A stretch of DNA of 64,000 nucleotides from positions 2,525 to 66,524 of the forward strand of contig JAHQWD010000003.1 in NCBI GenBank assembly GCA_019634005.1. Direction: 5' to 3'. The stretch's first letter is position 1, and each line of letters starts with the position of its first letter. The notes beneath the pieces are model-generated. The model searched no databases. It saw only the letters and a program-made list of their open reading frames with translations, and was not told where the DNA came from. Positions 1-8,872 of the stretch are shown in pieces. Made by a program: the position numbers and the translations under genes. This stretch comes from Candidatus Kaiserbacteria bacterium. Its GTDB lineage: Bacteria; Patescibacteriota; Minisyncoccia; Phycocordibacterales; UBA918.

Positions 1-336
1 GATGGTGGCGATACGTGGAGTTGGTACGACGATATCTCGTCTTCGTGTAAAAATAGTGGGGTGGGGTGTAGTGTTGAACCGACCGATGAGTCCATCGTCT
101 CTTGTACAAGTGACAACTGCCTCTTGTACGTCGACGAGGACAGAAGCTCTGGTGCGTACTATACACACAGCAGTAGTGCAGGAGATGCATCACCATATAC
201 ACGCACTATTGTGCTTGAAGAGACGACGTCTGATGAAGAGGTGTTGGTAACATCAACGGTGTCATGGACATCGTCATATGTAGAGGATACAGTCAGTATT
301 GTGGAGAAGACCGTACTTTTTAATCTCTATGAGTAA
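1..336 (+). CDS. C-terminal part of a probable pilin-like/type IV pilus-associated protein (5' truncated by window)
   Basis: Frame open from base 1 (DGGDTWSWY...LFNLYE*); Cys pairs and C-terminal beta-strand pattern (YTRTIVL...VTSTVSW); overlaps the next prepilin-like gene. Confidence 0.5.
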   Translation, partial: DGGDTWSWYDDISSSCKNSGVGCSVEPTDESIVSCTSDNCLLYVDEDRSSGAYYTHSSSAGDASPYTRTIVLEETTSDEEVLVTSTVSWTSSYVEDTVSIVEKTVLFNLYE

Positions 337-886
337 CAGACATATACAAAAGAATACTCGAGGCTTCACCATCTTAATTGCAGTGGTGGTTGCATCTATT
401 GTACTTTCGATAGGTCTTGCAGTTTTGGGTATTGTATTTAAGCAGCTGCAGATCTCTGGTATTGCACATGAATCTGAGACCGCATTCCATGCGGCGTACG
501 CGGGTGCAGAGTGTGCAGAGTTTAATGATCGGTCAGAAGATCAGAATGAGTTTGATGTGCCAGGGAATGGTTCACTTCAGAGTAGTGCGACAAATATCAC
601 CTGTATGGGCGTCTCAAGTACAAATAGTAACGGAAGAGCACGGAGTGGCGATGAACAGCGTTTTGAGTTCACGTGGGATGGAGGAAATGCATGTACCATT
701 CTCAGTTTTTATAAGTTCTACAGTACTTCAAGCTCCGTGTCGGTGATCGTGGAAGGAACACAGCTCCGAAGTGACTGCCCTGTGGGTGCAGAGTGTTCAG
801 TGGTAAAAGCACGGGGATATAACGCTTCATGTTCTGGTCTCACGGGCGATCGAGTTGTTGAACGAGAGATTACCATCGTCTTTTGA
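329..886 (+). CDS. Prepilin-type (PilX-like) minor pilin
   Basis: N-terminal RG|FTILIAVVVASIVL prepilin-like cleavage motif plus hydrophobic helix, then AFHAAYAGAEC; Cys-rich C-terminus; ATG at 329. Confidence 0.7.
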   Translation: MSNRHIQKNTRGFTILIAVVVASIVLSIGLAVLGIVFKQLQISGIAHESETAFHAAYAGAECAEFNDRSEDQNEFDVPGNGSLQSSATNITCMGVSSTNSNGRARSGDEQRFEFTWDGGNACTILSFYKFYSTSSSVSVIVEGTQLRSDCPVGAECSVVKARGYNASCSGLTGDRVVEREITIVF

Positions 887-901
887 TATAGTAGGTGTAC
901 T

Positions 902-2911
902 ATGGCACCAAAAGATATCCAGAAACGGGTGAAAGAATTGCATCGGCTTACCGCACGACATTTTAAGCTGTATCACGAAAAGGATGCTCCAGAGATATCT
1001 GATGAGGCATATGATTCTCTCGTTCGAGAATTGAAGGAACTTGAGGAACAGTATCCAGAACTGAAAGAGAAAGGGACACCGACCGAAACCGTTGGTGCTA
1101 TGTCGTCTGCGTTTACAAAAGTACGTCATGCGGTACGTCAGTGGTCTTTTGATAACGTATTTTCCGAGACAGAGCTTCGGGAATGGGAACAGAAACTGTA
1201 TCGCCTACTCGAAAAGGAAGGTGTGAGTGAGAAGTTGACCTATGTCGCAGAGCACAAGATTGACGGACTGAAGGTTATTGCAGAATACAGAAAGGGTGTC
1301 TTGTATCGTGCAACGACGCGGGGAGATGGAGTCGTTGGAGAAGATATTACACACACCGCACGGACGGTGAAAGATATTCCTGAGCAACTTACCGAAAAAG
1401 TCGATGTCATTGTCGTTGGTGAAGCATGGCTTTCACGGTCAGAGTTTGCGCGCATCAATACAGAACGGGAGAAAAATGGTGAGGCGCGCTTTGCGAACCC
1501 TCGTAACGCAGCGGCAGGGTCGCTTCGTCAGTTAGATTCTGAGGTAACTAGAGGACGGAACCTTTCGTTCTTTGCCTATGATATTGACGCTTACTCTGGC
1601 TCAAAAGAGCCGAAGACGCAGGAAGGGGAACTAAAGACATTGAAACGTCTTGGTTTTCAGGTGAACCCTCATTACGCGGTGTGTACAAGCATAGATGCCG
1701 TCATTACTTTTTATAAGAAATGGGTGCCGAAACGAGAAAGTGAAGAGTATGGTATGGACGGTGTGGTGCTGAAAGTTGATAGCGTCGAATTGCAGAAGCA
1801 GCTGGGATATACGGCGAAATCTCCACGGTTTGGTATTGCGTATAAGTTTCCTTCAGAACAAGCAAGTACTGTCATCGAAGATATACAGCTTCAGGTGGGA
1901 CGTACGGGTGTGCTGACCCCTGTGGCACACCTTCGCCCCGTCTTCTTAGACGGTTCGACTGTTTCGCGTGCGACGCTGCATAATGAGGATCAGATCAAGC
2001 GACTGGATGTTCGTGTGGGAGACACCGTTATTCTCCAGAAAGCGGGAGACATCATCCCAGAGATTGTCTCAGTCCTTACAGAGCTCCGTCCAGAGAAGAC
2101 AAAGCCGTATCGTTTCCCAAAGCGGGTGGCAGAGTGTGGTGGCGATGGAAGTATCGAGCGAGTTCCTGGGGAAGCAGCGTATCGGTGTGTCTCTAAGGAT
2201 TCCGATACACTTCATCGACAACGGCTGTACTACTTTGTTTCCAAAGGGGCATTTAATATGGACGGTGTTGGCCCACGGATCATCGATCTTCTTTTGGAAC
2301 AGAACCTAATCAATACGCCTGTAGACCTCTTTACACTGGAAGTAGGAGATCTAGAGCAGCTTCCTGGGTTTAAAGAAAAGGCAGCAGAGAATGTGGTGAA
2401 AGCGATCGCTGATGCAAAAGAAGTGCCACTCCATCGGTTACTCATTGCGCTGTCGATAGATCACGTTGGAGAAGAGACTGCTCGTCTTATCGCAGAGCAC
2501 TTTGGATCGCTTCTAAAGATCCGAGAGGCATCACTTGAAGAACTTACCTCCATACATGGTGTGGGGGAGATTGTGGCAGCGTCACTTTTTGCATGGTTGA
2601 AGGATCCACTCCATGCAGAGATGCTCGATGCGCTTTTGAAACATATTGCAGTGGTTAATCCACAGAAGAAGGCAGACGGTGTTTTTTCTGGGAAGACACT
2701 GGTCTTTACAGGCACGCTTCCAACGCTTTCTCGTAATGAAGCCAAAGATATGGCGCGGAATGCAGGAGGACATGTCGCAAGTTCTGTGTCTAAAAATACA
2801 GATTATGTGGTACTTGGTACTGATGCGGGGTCTAAAGAGGAGAAGGCGAGAGAGCTCGGGGTGTCGCTTTTGAGCGAGGAGGAGTTTTTGAAGATGTTGC
2901 AAAGAACTTGA
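902..2911 (+). CDS. ligA: NAD-dependent DNA ligase
   Basis: EHKIDG adenylation motif, NPRNAAAGSLRQLD, HhH repeats, C-terminal BRCT. Confidence 0.98.
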   Translation: MAPKDIQKRVKELHRLTARHFKLYHEKDAPEISDEAYDSLVRELKELEEQYPELKEKGTPTETVGAMSSAFTKVRHAVRQWSFDNVFSETELREWEQKLYRLLEKEGVSEKLTYVAEHKIDGLKVIAEYRKGVLYRATTRGDGVVGEDITHTARTVKDIPEQLTEKVDVIVVGEAWLSRSEFARINTEREKNGEARFANPRNAAAGSLRQLDSEVTRGRNLSFFAYDIDAYSGSKEPKTQEGELKTLKRLGFQVNPHYAVCTSIDAVITFYKKWVPKRESEEYGMDGVVLKVDSVELQKQLGYTAKSPRFGIAYKFPSEQASTVIEDIQLQVGRTGVLTPVAHLRPVFLDGSTVSRATLHNEDQIKRLDVRVGDTVILQKAGDIIPEIVSVLTELRPEKTKPYRFPKRVAECGGDGSIERVPGEAAYRCVSKDSDTLHRQRLYYFVSKGAFNMDGVGPRIIDLLLEQNLINTPVDLFTLEVGDLEQLPGFKEKAAENVVKAIADAKEVPLHRLLIALSIDHVGEETARLIAEHFGSLLKIREASLEELTSIHGVGEIVAASLFAWLKDPLHAEMLDALLKHIAVVNPQKKADGVFSGKTLVFTGTLPTLSRNEAKDMARNAGGHVASSVSKNTDYVVLGTDAGSKEEKARELGVSLLSEEEFLKMLQRT

Positions 2912-2967
2912 TAATAGTGTTGTATAAAAGTTCTTGTGGAGAGTCATCCTGAGCATAGGAGGAGAAT

Positions 2968-3246
2968 ATGATCGTTGCAAAAGCAGACCGCCAGTTTGCA
3001 CTTCGCGCTGCACGTGCTGCTGGGTTTGACCACACAGACTATATTGTCGTCTGGGTGCAATATCCTGGTCAGAAAGAAGAGTTGGGCTTTGCGCCCACTA
3101 CGGTGGAATGTTCCTTTGTAGAAGGAGTTCCTCACAGAGCGAGCGCAGACGTATGGTGTGTCAATTCAGAGACAGGACGTCTCCGTAAGGAGTCTAAAAA
3201 ATGTCGCCCTCGCGATGGCAGTACCTGGGAGTGTTGTTCGACCTAA
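2968..3246 (+). CDS. Hypothetical 92-aa protein
   Basis: Strong SD (AGGAGGAG) before ATG, followed by a hairpin terminator. Confidence 0.55.
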   Translation: MIVAKADRQFALRAARAAGFDHTDYIVVWVQYPGQKEELGFAPTTVECSFVEGVPHRASADVWCVNSETGRLRKESKKCRPRDGSTWECCST

Positions 3247-3267
3247 ATCCGTCGCCTTCAACAGGAC

Positions 3268-3314
3268 AAAGAAAACCAAACCTTTGTCTCGTACGAAGGG
3301 GCGGTTTTCTTTTT
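3268..3314 (+). terminator. Intrinsic terminator
   Basis: AAAGAAAACC...GGTTTTCTTT inverted repeat with T tail. Confidence 0.55.
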
Positions 3315-3341
3315 ATGTATTGAAATGGTACTATCTCTCGT

Positions 3342-3632
3342 ATGAAACGAGAGGATATAGAGCATCTGGCGACACTCGCACGTATTGATCTAAAGGATGA
3401 AGAGGTTGCGTCTTTGACGGACAGCATCACAAGTATTTTGGGGTATGTGAGTGATGTAAATGCAATTACAACCGAAGAGAAGCCTAAAGAGGTGGGTGCA
3501 CTTTATAATGTCATGCGAGAAGATGAGGAGACACATGAGCCAGGACAGTACACAGAAGCAATTTTAAATGAAGCACCGAAGCGGGAAGGACAGTACATTC
3601 AAGTTAAGAAGATACTCGGTGACAATGAATAA
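3342..3632 (+). CDS. gatC: Asp/Glu-tRNA amidotransferase subunit C
   Basis: IEHLATLARI...NVMRED...VKKIL; directly upstream of gatA. Confidence 0.93.
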   Translation: MKREDIEHLATLARIDLKDEEVASLTDSITSILGYVSDVNAITTEEKPKEVGALYNVMREDEETHEPGQYTEAILNEAPKREGQYIQVKKILGDNE

Positions 3633-5040
3633 TATGACCATACAAGAATTACGGAAAAAATTTGTGGAAGGGTCATATACCCCAGTGGATGCCCTTGCCG
3701 ACGTAAAGAAGGCTATTGCAGAGCGGGACGGTGAGGTGCACGCATACCTTGAGCTTTTTGAAGATGCGGATGAGGCTGCACAGAAAGCGGCGGAGCGATA
3801 TAAGGAGGAAGGAGACGATGCTCCACCACTTTTGGGAATGCCCATTGCGATTAAGAACAACATCCTGATTGAAGGAAAGAAGACGACTGCTTCATCAAAG
3901 ATCCTTGAAAACTATGTCGCTACATATGACGCAACGGTTATTGCAAAGCTTCGTGAAGCGGGTGCTGTGTTTGTTGGATCCACAAACCTTGATGAGTTTG
4001 CGATGGGAACTTCTACAGAGAACTCTGCGTTTGGACCGACCAGAAACCCACATGATGTGACTCGTGTTCCAGGAGGTTCATCTGGGGGATCTGCAGCAGC
4101 GGTCGCTATGGGAGGGGCGGTTGCAGCGTTGGGAACTGATACGGGGGGATCTGTACGACAGCCTGCAGCGTTTTGTGGTTTGGTGGGGTATAAGCCGACC
4201 TATGGTGCAGTGTCTCGCCATGGGCTGATTGCTATGGGATCCTCATTAGATCAGGCGGGACCGCTCACAAACTCTGTCTCCGACGCAGAGCTGATCCATA
4301 ACATTATCAAAGGAGATGATTCTATGGATTCCACTACGATTACAGATGATACGTACAAAGAAGTGTCAGTGAAGGAGACGTATCGTATTGGGGTGCCACG
4401 ACATTTCCTTCAAGAAGGACTCAGTGAGAGTGTTCGTACTGTATTTGAAGATACGCTCAAAAAACTTGAGGCAGCGGGCCATGAGATTGTCGATGTATCA
4501 GTACCGCTTATGGAAAAAGGGCTTGCAGCGTACTACATCGTTATGCCTGCAGAGGTCTCCTCGAACCTCGCTCGCTTTGATGGGGTGCGCTATGGGCTTC
4601 GTATTGAGGGAGATGATCTCCTCTCTGAGTATCACAAGACACGTGCAGAAGGATTTGGTGCAGAGGTGAAACGCCGTATTCTTCTTGGAACATACGTTCT
4701 TTCCTCAGGATACTATGATGCGTATTACGGAAAGGCAGAGCAGGTACGAGAAATGATGCGTGCAGAACTCCGAGAGGTGTTTGCTGACGTTGATGCACTT
4801 ATGCTCCCAACAACACCAACACCTGCATTCAAGCTTGGTGCAAAAAGTGATCCACTCTCACTTTACCTAGAGGATATCTTTACGGTACCAGCGAACCTTA
4901 CGGGTGTTCCAGCAATCTCTGTACCCGCAGGAACCGTGGATGAAGACGGCGTAGCACTTCCTGTTGGGGTACAATGTATAGGACCACATGCAGGGGATGC
5001 ACGAGTATTTGATCTTGGAAAGAAAATACTTGGAGAATAG
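3625..5040 (+). CDS. gatA: Asp/Glu-tRNA amidotransferase subunit A
   Basis: Amidase signature GGSSGGSAAAV, GTDTGGSVRQPA, SSNLARFDG, GYYDAYY; start at ATG 3625. Confidence 0.97.
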   Translation: MNNMTIQELRKKFVEGSYTPVDALADVKKAIAERDGEVHAYLELFEDADEAAQKAAERYKEEGDDAPPLLGMPIAIKNNILIEGKKTTASSKILENYVATYDATVIAKLREAGAVFVGSTNLDEFAMGTSTENSAFGPTRNPHDVTRVPGGSSGGSAAAVAMGGAVAALGTDTGGSVRQPAAFCGLVGYKPTYGAVSRHGLIAMGSSLDQAGPLTNSVSDAELIHNIIKGDDSMDSTTITDDTYKEVSVKETYRIGVPRHFLQEGLSESVRTVFEDTLKKLEAAGHEIVDVSVPLMEKGLAAYYIVMPAEVSSNLARFDGVRYGLRIEGDDLLSEYHKTRAEGFGAEVKRRILLGTYVLSSGYYDAYYGKAEQVREMMRAELREVFADVDALMLPTTPTPAFKLGAKSDPLSLYLEDIFTVPANLTGVPAISVPAGTVDEDGVALPVGVQCIGPHAGDARVFDLGKKILGE

Positions 5041-5055
5041 TGCCCTGCCTGTGTC

Positions 5056-5685
5056 ATGCTTATGACACCTGACGGTAACGATATTATAGTTCAAACACGC
5101 GGCATTGATTTTATGCCGCTGGTTCGTTGGATTGCGCATTTCTTTGGATATGGAGATGATCCACTCGCAGGGCCAACTGTTGATGATTTCATCCTCAGTC
5201 TCTCAAACTTTTGGGAGGTGTATTCTGTTATTGCACTTTTGCTCTCGTTGCTTTTTTTCGCTGGATTTGTGTATGCATATATAAGATACAACCAACTGCT
5301 CGTGGAAGAAGACAATTTGTTACTTGCAGAGGAGCAGAGATGGAGAGAATTGCGTGAGGGTGCAGGAACTCAAAATACAGAATGGGATGCAATTAAAGCA
5401 CATGTTGCAACCGAAAACCCAAATGATTGGAAACAGGCGATCATTGCAGCGGATGTGATGCTGGGGGAGATACTGGAGGTCTCAGGGTACATTGGAGAGA
5501 CTATTGGTGAGCAGCTCAAATCGGCAAATGCACAGCCGTTTCCATCTATACGAGATGCGTGGGATGCACACTTAGTGCGTAATAAAATTGCGCATGGCGG
5601 GCCTGAGTTTGTCCTTACAAAACGGCTTGCACAGGACACTATTGTGCAATATGAGCGGGTATTTCGAGAGTTTGGGGCTGTATAG
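5056..5685 (+). CDS. Hypothetical membrane-anchored protein
   Basis: 209-aa ORF, one TM helix, C-terminal AHLVRNKIAH (HEPN-like RxxxxH) helical domain. Confidence 0.7.
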   Translation: MLMTPDGNDIIVQTRGIDFMPLVRWIAHFFGYGDDPLAGPTVDDFILSLSNFWEVYSVIALLLSLLFFAGFVYAYIRYNQLLVEEDNLLLAEEQRWRELREGAGTQNTEWDAIKAHVATENPNDWKQAIIAADVMLGEILEVSGYIGETIGEQLKSANAQPFPSIRDAWDAHLVRNKIAHGGPEFVLTKRLAQDTIVQYERVFREFGAV

Positions 5686-5729
5686 GAACTATTGCGCCGA
5701 TACGTAAAAACTGGTAGTGTACTGCACAC

Positions 5730-5800
5730 AGCGGGGTAGAGGAGAGGTACCTCGGGAGGCTCATAACCTCCAGACCCCGGTTCGATTCCGGGCCCCGCAA
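5730..5800 (+). tRNA. tRNA-fMet (CAU), initiator type
   Basis: AGCGGGG...CCCCGCA acceptor with unpaired 1:72, GGAGG-CTCATAA-CCTCC anticodon arm, GGTTCGATTCC T arm. Confidence 0.9.
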
Positions 5801-5872
5801 CACGTCAAGAAAACACCGATATACTCGGTGTTTTCTTGTTTTTGAGGCTTTGAGATGGTATTCTCTCTTCAC

Positions 5873-5946
5873 GTCGGCGTAGCTCAGTTGGTTAGAGCAC
5901 AACACTCATAAAGTTGGGGTCGGAGGTTCAAATCCTCCCGTCGACA
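5873..5946 (+). tRNA. tRNA-Met (CAU), elongator type (Ile2 not excluded)
   Basis: GTCGGCG/CGTCGAC acceptor, TAGCTCAGTTGGTTAGAGC D arm, CTCATAA loop, GGTTCAAATCC. Confidence 0.88.
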
Positions 5947-6026
5947 CTTTTACAAAGACCGCTCTCTGGGCGGTCTTTGTGTATAAATAGGATATATCCA
6001 CGTACTGTTATACTACAATAGTATAA

Positions 6027-6698
6027 GTGCCTATATTACGTTCATTACATCAAGACTTTTTCAAAAAATGGAGCAATGACATGGCTTATGTTTTAGGGTT
6101 TTTTGCTGCAGATGGGAGTATGCTAGAGAATAATCGCGGAGCGCACTATATTGAGTTTCATATTACGGACAAAAAGATTTTAGAACAGATGAGGGAAGCT
6201 ATGGGCTCTAATCACAAGATTAAAGAGAGGAAAAGAGATGAAAAATGGAAGCCTATCTACAGACTGCAAATAGGGAGTAAAGTATTCTATGAAGATTTAC
6301 AAAAACATGGTTTTACTCAAGCAAAGAGTCATACTTTAAAATTACCCTTAGTTCCAAAGAAATATATTGCAGATTTTGTTCGTGGGTATTTTGATGGAGA
6401 TGGATGTGTTCACTTTAAACAGTATAAAGTGAGGGGTCGGAAAAAGCCAAAGTGGGTCTTCCAGACTCGTTTTACTTCAGGAAGTAAAAATTTCTTGCAG
6501 GATTTACACAATCTATTAAAAGATTACGGTGTAGCAAGAGGTTTCATTACGAAGAAAAATAGGGGGCACGAACTTGTGTTCAGTCATCGCGATGGTGTTG
6601 CATTATATCGATTAATGTATAATAATACCCCTCGTATTTATTTAAAACGTAAATACAACATCTTCAGAAAAGCAATGAAGACGCTTTATGGAGAATAA
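6027..6698 (+). CDS. Free-standing double-motif LAGLIDADG homing endonuclease
   Basis: Two motifs, YVLGFFAADGS and FVRGYFDGDG; visibly AT-richer than flanking genes. Confidence 0.88.
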   Translation: MPILRSLHQDFFKKWSNDMAYVLGFFAADGSMLENNRGAHYIEFHITDKKILEQMREAMGSNHKIKERKRDEKWKPIYRLQIGSKVFYEDLQKHGFTQAKSHTLKLPLVPKKYIADFVRGYFDGDGCVHFKQYKVRGRKKPKWVFQTRFTSGSKNFLQDLHNLLKDYGVARGFITKKNRGHELVFSHRDGVALYRLMYNNTPRIYLKRKYNIFRKAMKTLYGE

Positions 6699-6700
6699 CT

Positions 6701-7015
6701 GCGGGCGTAGCTCAATTGGTTAGAGCACCCGCCTGTAGACGTGCAGCTTTCCGTCCGAAAGACGGATTGAAACTTTCCGGGATATCGGTGAAGGCTAAGT
6801 CATTGATGCAGTTAGCTTGAAAAGGTTACTGAGGAGATATGCGAATACCGAGGGAACCCATAACACAAAAACACATAGTTATGGGGCGCCGTAGAGACTA
6901 GATACCGGGATACCTAAGGATAATGAATCTATGGTAAAGATATAGTCCGTGCCATTATGAAAATAGTGGATTTCACGCACGCGGGAGGTTGAGGGTTCGA
7001 GTCCCTTCGCTCGCG
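6701..7015 (+). tRNA. tRNA-Asp (GUC) interrupted by a group I intron; exons 6701-6736 and 6978-7015
   Basis: Joined exons give GCGGGCG/CGCTCGC acceptor, CCCGC-CTGT^CAC-GCGGG anticodon arm, GGTTCGAGTCC T arm, G discriminator. Confidence 0.92.
6737..6977 (+). mobile_element. Group I self-splicing intron (241 nt, no internal ORF) at tRNA position 35/36
   Basis: P1: exon CTGT pairs with GCAG giving a U.G splice-site wobble; P10: CGTG with exon-2 CACG; P7: GACTA (6896-6900) with TAGTC in AAGATATAGTCC; terminal G at 6977. Confidence 0.9.
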
Positions 7016-7056
7016 CAGTTAGAAAAAGAGTCCACGTTTGTGGGCTCTTTTTGTAT
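7011..7056 (+). repeat. Direct repeat copy 1 (tRNA-Asp 3' end plus terminator)
   Basis: TCGCGCAGTTAGAAAAAGAGTCCACGTTTGTGGGCTCTTTTTGTAT, nearly identical to 7753-7797. Confidence 0.88.
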
Positions 7057-7094
7057 AGAGAGTGGTATTGGAATTGTGTGGTATTTTTATCTGT

Positions 7095-7727
7095 ATGGAA
7101 AACAAGATTCTCTGGCACGGTACCGGTAGGTATAAATATGATTCAGAAGGAAATGTCTACGATATCTTTCAGGGAATTATTGAAGATGGAGGATTGGTCC
7201 CGCACTTAGACGAATGGGATCAAAAGCGAGGTGCTTGCTATTCCATATCAACAACTCGCTCGCGTGCATATGCTCGGCTGTATGCGAGCCTTTTCTTTCC
7301 GTCTGATAAACGTAGTTTAAAAGAATTATTTAGAAGACTTATATGGTGTCTTCGTTTCTTCCTCACGAGCAAGTATGTTGCGTGGATGGAATATACACCG
7401 TTTAGACCACACATAACTGATTTTCGGAGGAAGATTATATCTTGGGCAAAGAAATACTCATCAGATACTCGGTCTTTCATATATCTTTTTCTTTGGGGAG
7501 GTACTGACATCCCCAATAATTACCCAATACTGATATGCATAAAAGGAGATGGTATTGCTCCAACCAAGGGATCTCGTTTTGTCGATTTGCATGAAATACG
7601 TAGTGAAGAGAAAATTTCCCTAGAAGATTTTAAGTGTATTGAAGTGCCCAAAGAGCATATTTCAGAGATTCATAGCCTATTACATGTGGCAGGGTGTGAG
7701 ATTCCTGTCGTAACCTTAGACAGTTAG
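7095..7727 (+). CDS. Hypothetical protein, ADP-ribosyltransferase-fold-like
   Basis: LWHGT...IIEDGGL...SISTTRSRAYARLYA...HEIRSEEKISLEDF resembles H-type ART motif order; start at ATG 7095. Confidence 0.55.
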   Translation: MENKILWHGTGRYKYDSEGNVYDIFQGIIEDGGLVPHLDEWDQKRGACYSISTTRSRAYARLYASLFFPSDKRSLKELFRRLIWCLRFFLTSKYVAWMEYTPFRPHITDFRRKIISWAKKYSSDTRSFIYLFLWGGTDIPNNYPILICIKGDGIAPTKGSRFVDLHEIRSEEKISLEDFKCIEVPKEHISEIHSLLHVAGCEIPVVTLDS

Positions 7728-7752
7728 TGTAGCTCTAACCGCATATACCAGT

Positions 7753-7797
7753 TCGCGCATAGAAAAAAGAGTCCACGTTTGTGGGCTCTTTTTGTAT
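7753..7797 (+). repeat. Direct repeat copy 2
   Basis: TCGCGCATAGAAAAAAGAGTCCACGTTTGTGGGCTCTTTTTGTAT. Confidence 0.88.
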
Positions 7798-7829
7798 TTC
7801 TGAACGGTTTTTGGTATTCTTTGGCGTAC

Positions 7830-7905
7830 GCCATTGTAGCTCAGTCGGTAGAGCGCATCCATGGTAAGGATGAGGTCCCCGGTTCAATCCCGGGCAATGG
7901 CTCCA
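7830..7905 (+). tRNA. tRNA-Thr (GGU)
   Basis: GCCATTG/CAATGGC acceptor, CATCC-ATGGTAA-GGATG anticodon arm, encoded CCA. Confidence 0.95.
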
Positions 7906-7954
7906 AAGACAGAAACCCGTCAGACATGACGGGTTTCTGTTATACTCAAGCCAC

Positions 7955-8830
7955 ATGACAAAAGAGGAGATCACTATGCGTATAGAGGAGATTGAGGCGG
8001 CAATGAATCTGCCAGATTTTTGGAATGACTCCGCAAAAGCACAAGATTTAATAAAAGAGTTGCAGGAACTGAAGGATCAGGCTGAAGGAAAAGGGAAATA
8101 TGATCGCAACAACGCGGTCGTCACCATTGTTGCAGGTGCTGGTGGGGATGATGCAGAAGATTTTGCTCGTATGCTCGTGGAGATGTACCAGAAATATGCA
8201 GAAAAGAGAGGGTGGGGGGTTTTGGTGATAGATTCCAACCCAAATGATCACAATGGATATCGAAACATTGTTTTTGAGATAGAAGGAAATGGGGCGTACG
8301 GAGAACTCCAGACAGAGTCTGGGGTACATCGTCTGGTACGCATCTCACCATTTAACTCCAATGGGAAGCGGCAGACTTCATTTGTACTCGTTGAGGTGTC
8401 TCCAAAACTGAAAGATCACAAGGAAGTAGAACTAAATGAAGACGATCTCGATATTTCTTTTGCACGTTCGGGTGGTGCTGGTGGGCAGAATGTAAACAAG
8501 CGAGAGACTGCGGTGCGTATTGTGCATACGCCAACGAATATCTCTGTACATGTATCTTCAGAGCGAAGCCAGCAGCAAAATAGAGAGAGAGCAATGACAC
8601 TTCTTGCAGGAAAGGTATATGCCTTTGAGGAGGAGCAACGAAAGCGGGAGCTGAAGGGATTGTCCGTGGAGAAGTCAGTGAAGATAGAATGGGGGAGTCA
8701 GATTCGTTCATACGTACTCCACCCGTATCAAATGGTGAAAGATCATCGGACTGATGTGGAGGTTCGTGATGTAGAGAGGGTACTTGATGGTGATATACAG
8801 GAGTTTTTGGACGCGGCAAGGGAACTGTAG
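7955..8830 (+). CDS. prfB: Peptide chain release factor 2 (shortened)
   Basis: [11 protein letters not shown] (SPF specificity motif), [19 protein letters not shown]. Confidence 0.93.
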   Translation: MTKEEITMRIEEIEAAMNLPDFWNDSAKAQDLIKELQELKDQAEGKGKYDRNNAVVTIVAGAGGDDAEDFARMLVEMYQKYAEKRGWGVLVIDSNPNDHNGYRNIVFEIEGNGAYGELQTESGVHRLVRISPFNSNGKRQTSFVLVEVSPKLKDHKEVELNEDDLDISFARSGGAGGQNVNKRETAVRIVHTPTNISVHVSSERSQQQNRERAMTLLAGKVYAFEEEQRKRELKGLSVEKSVKIEWGSQIRSYVLHPYQMVKDHRTDVEVRDVERVLDGDIQEFLDAAREL

Positions 8831-8834
8831 ATAA

Positions 8835-8866
8835 GTGTTTGACACTGTCAGACACCATGATACCAT
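8835..8866 (+). promoter_or_regulatory. TA operon promoter with palindromic operator
   Basis: GTGTTTGACA-C-TGTCAGACAC inverted repeat over TTGACA (8839-8844); TGa-TACCAT -10. Confidence 0.55.
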
Positions 8867-8872
8867 TTTGGT

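Noticed and set aside
3342-5040. gatCA without adjacent gatB as a novel arrangement
   Set aside because: Split gat operons are common; gatB is probably outside the window.
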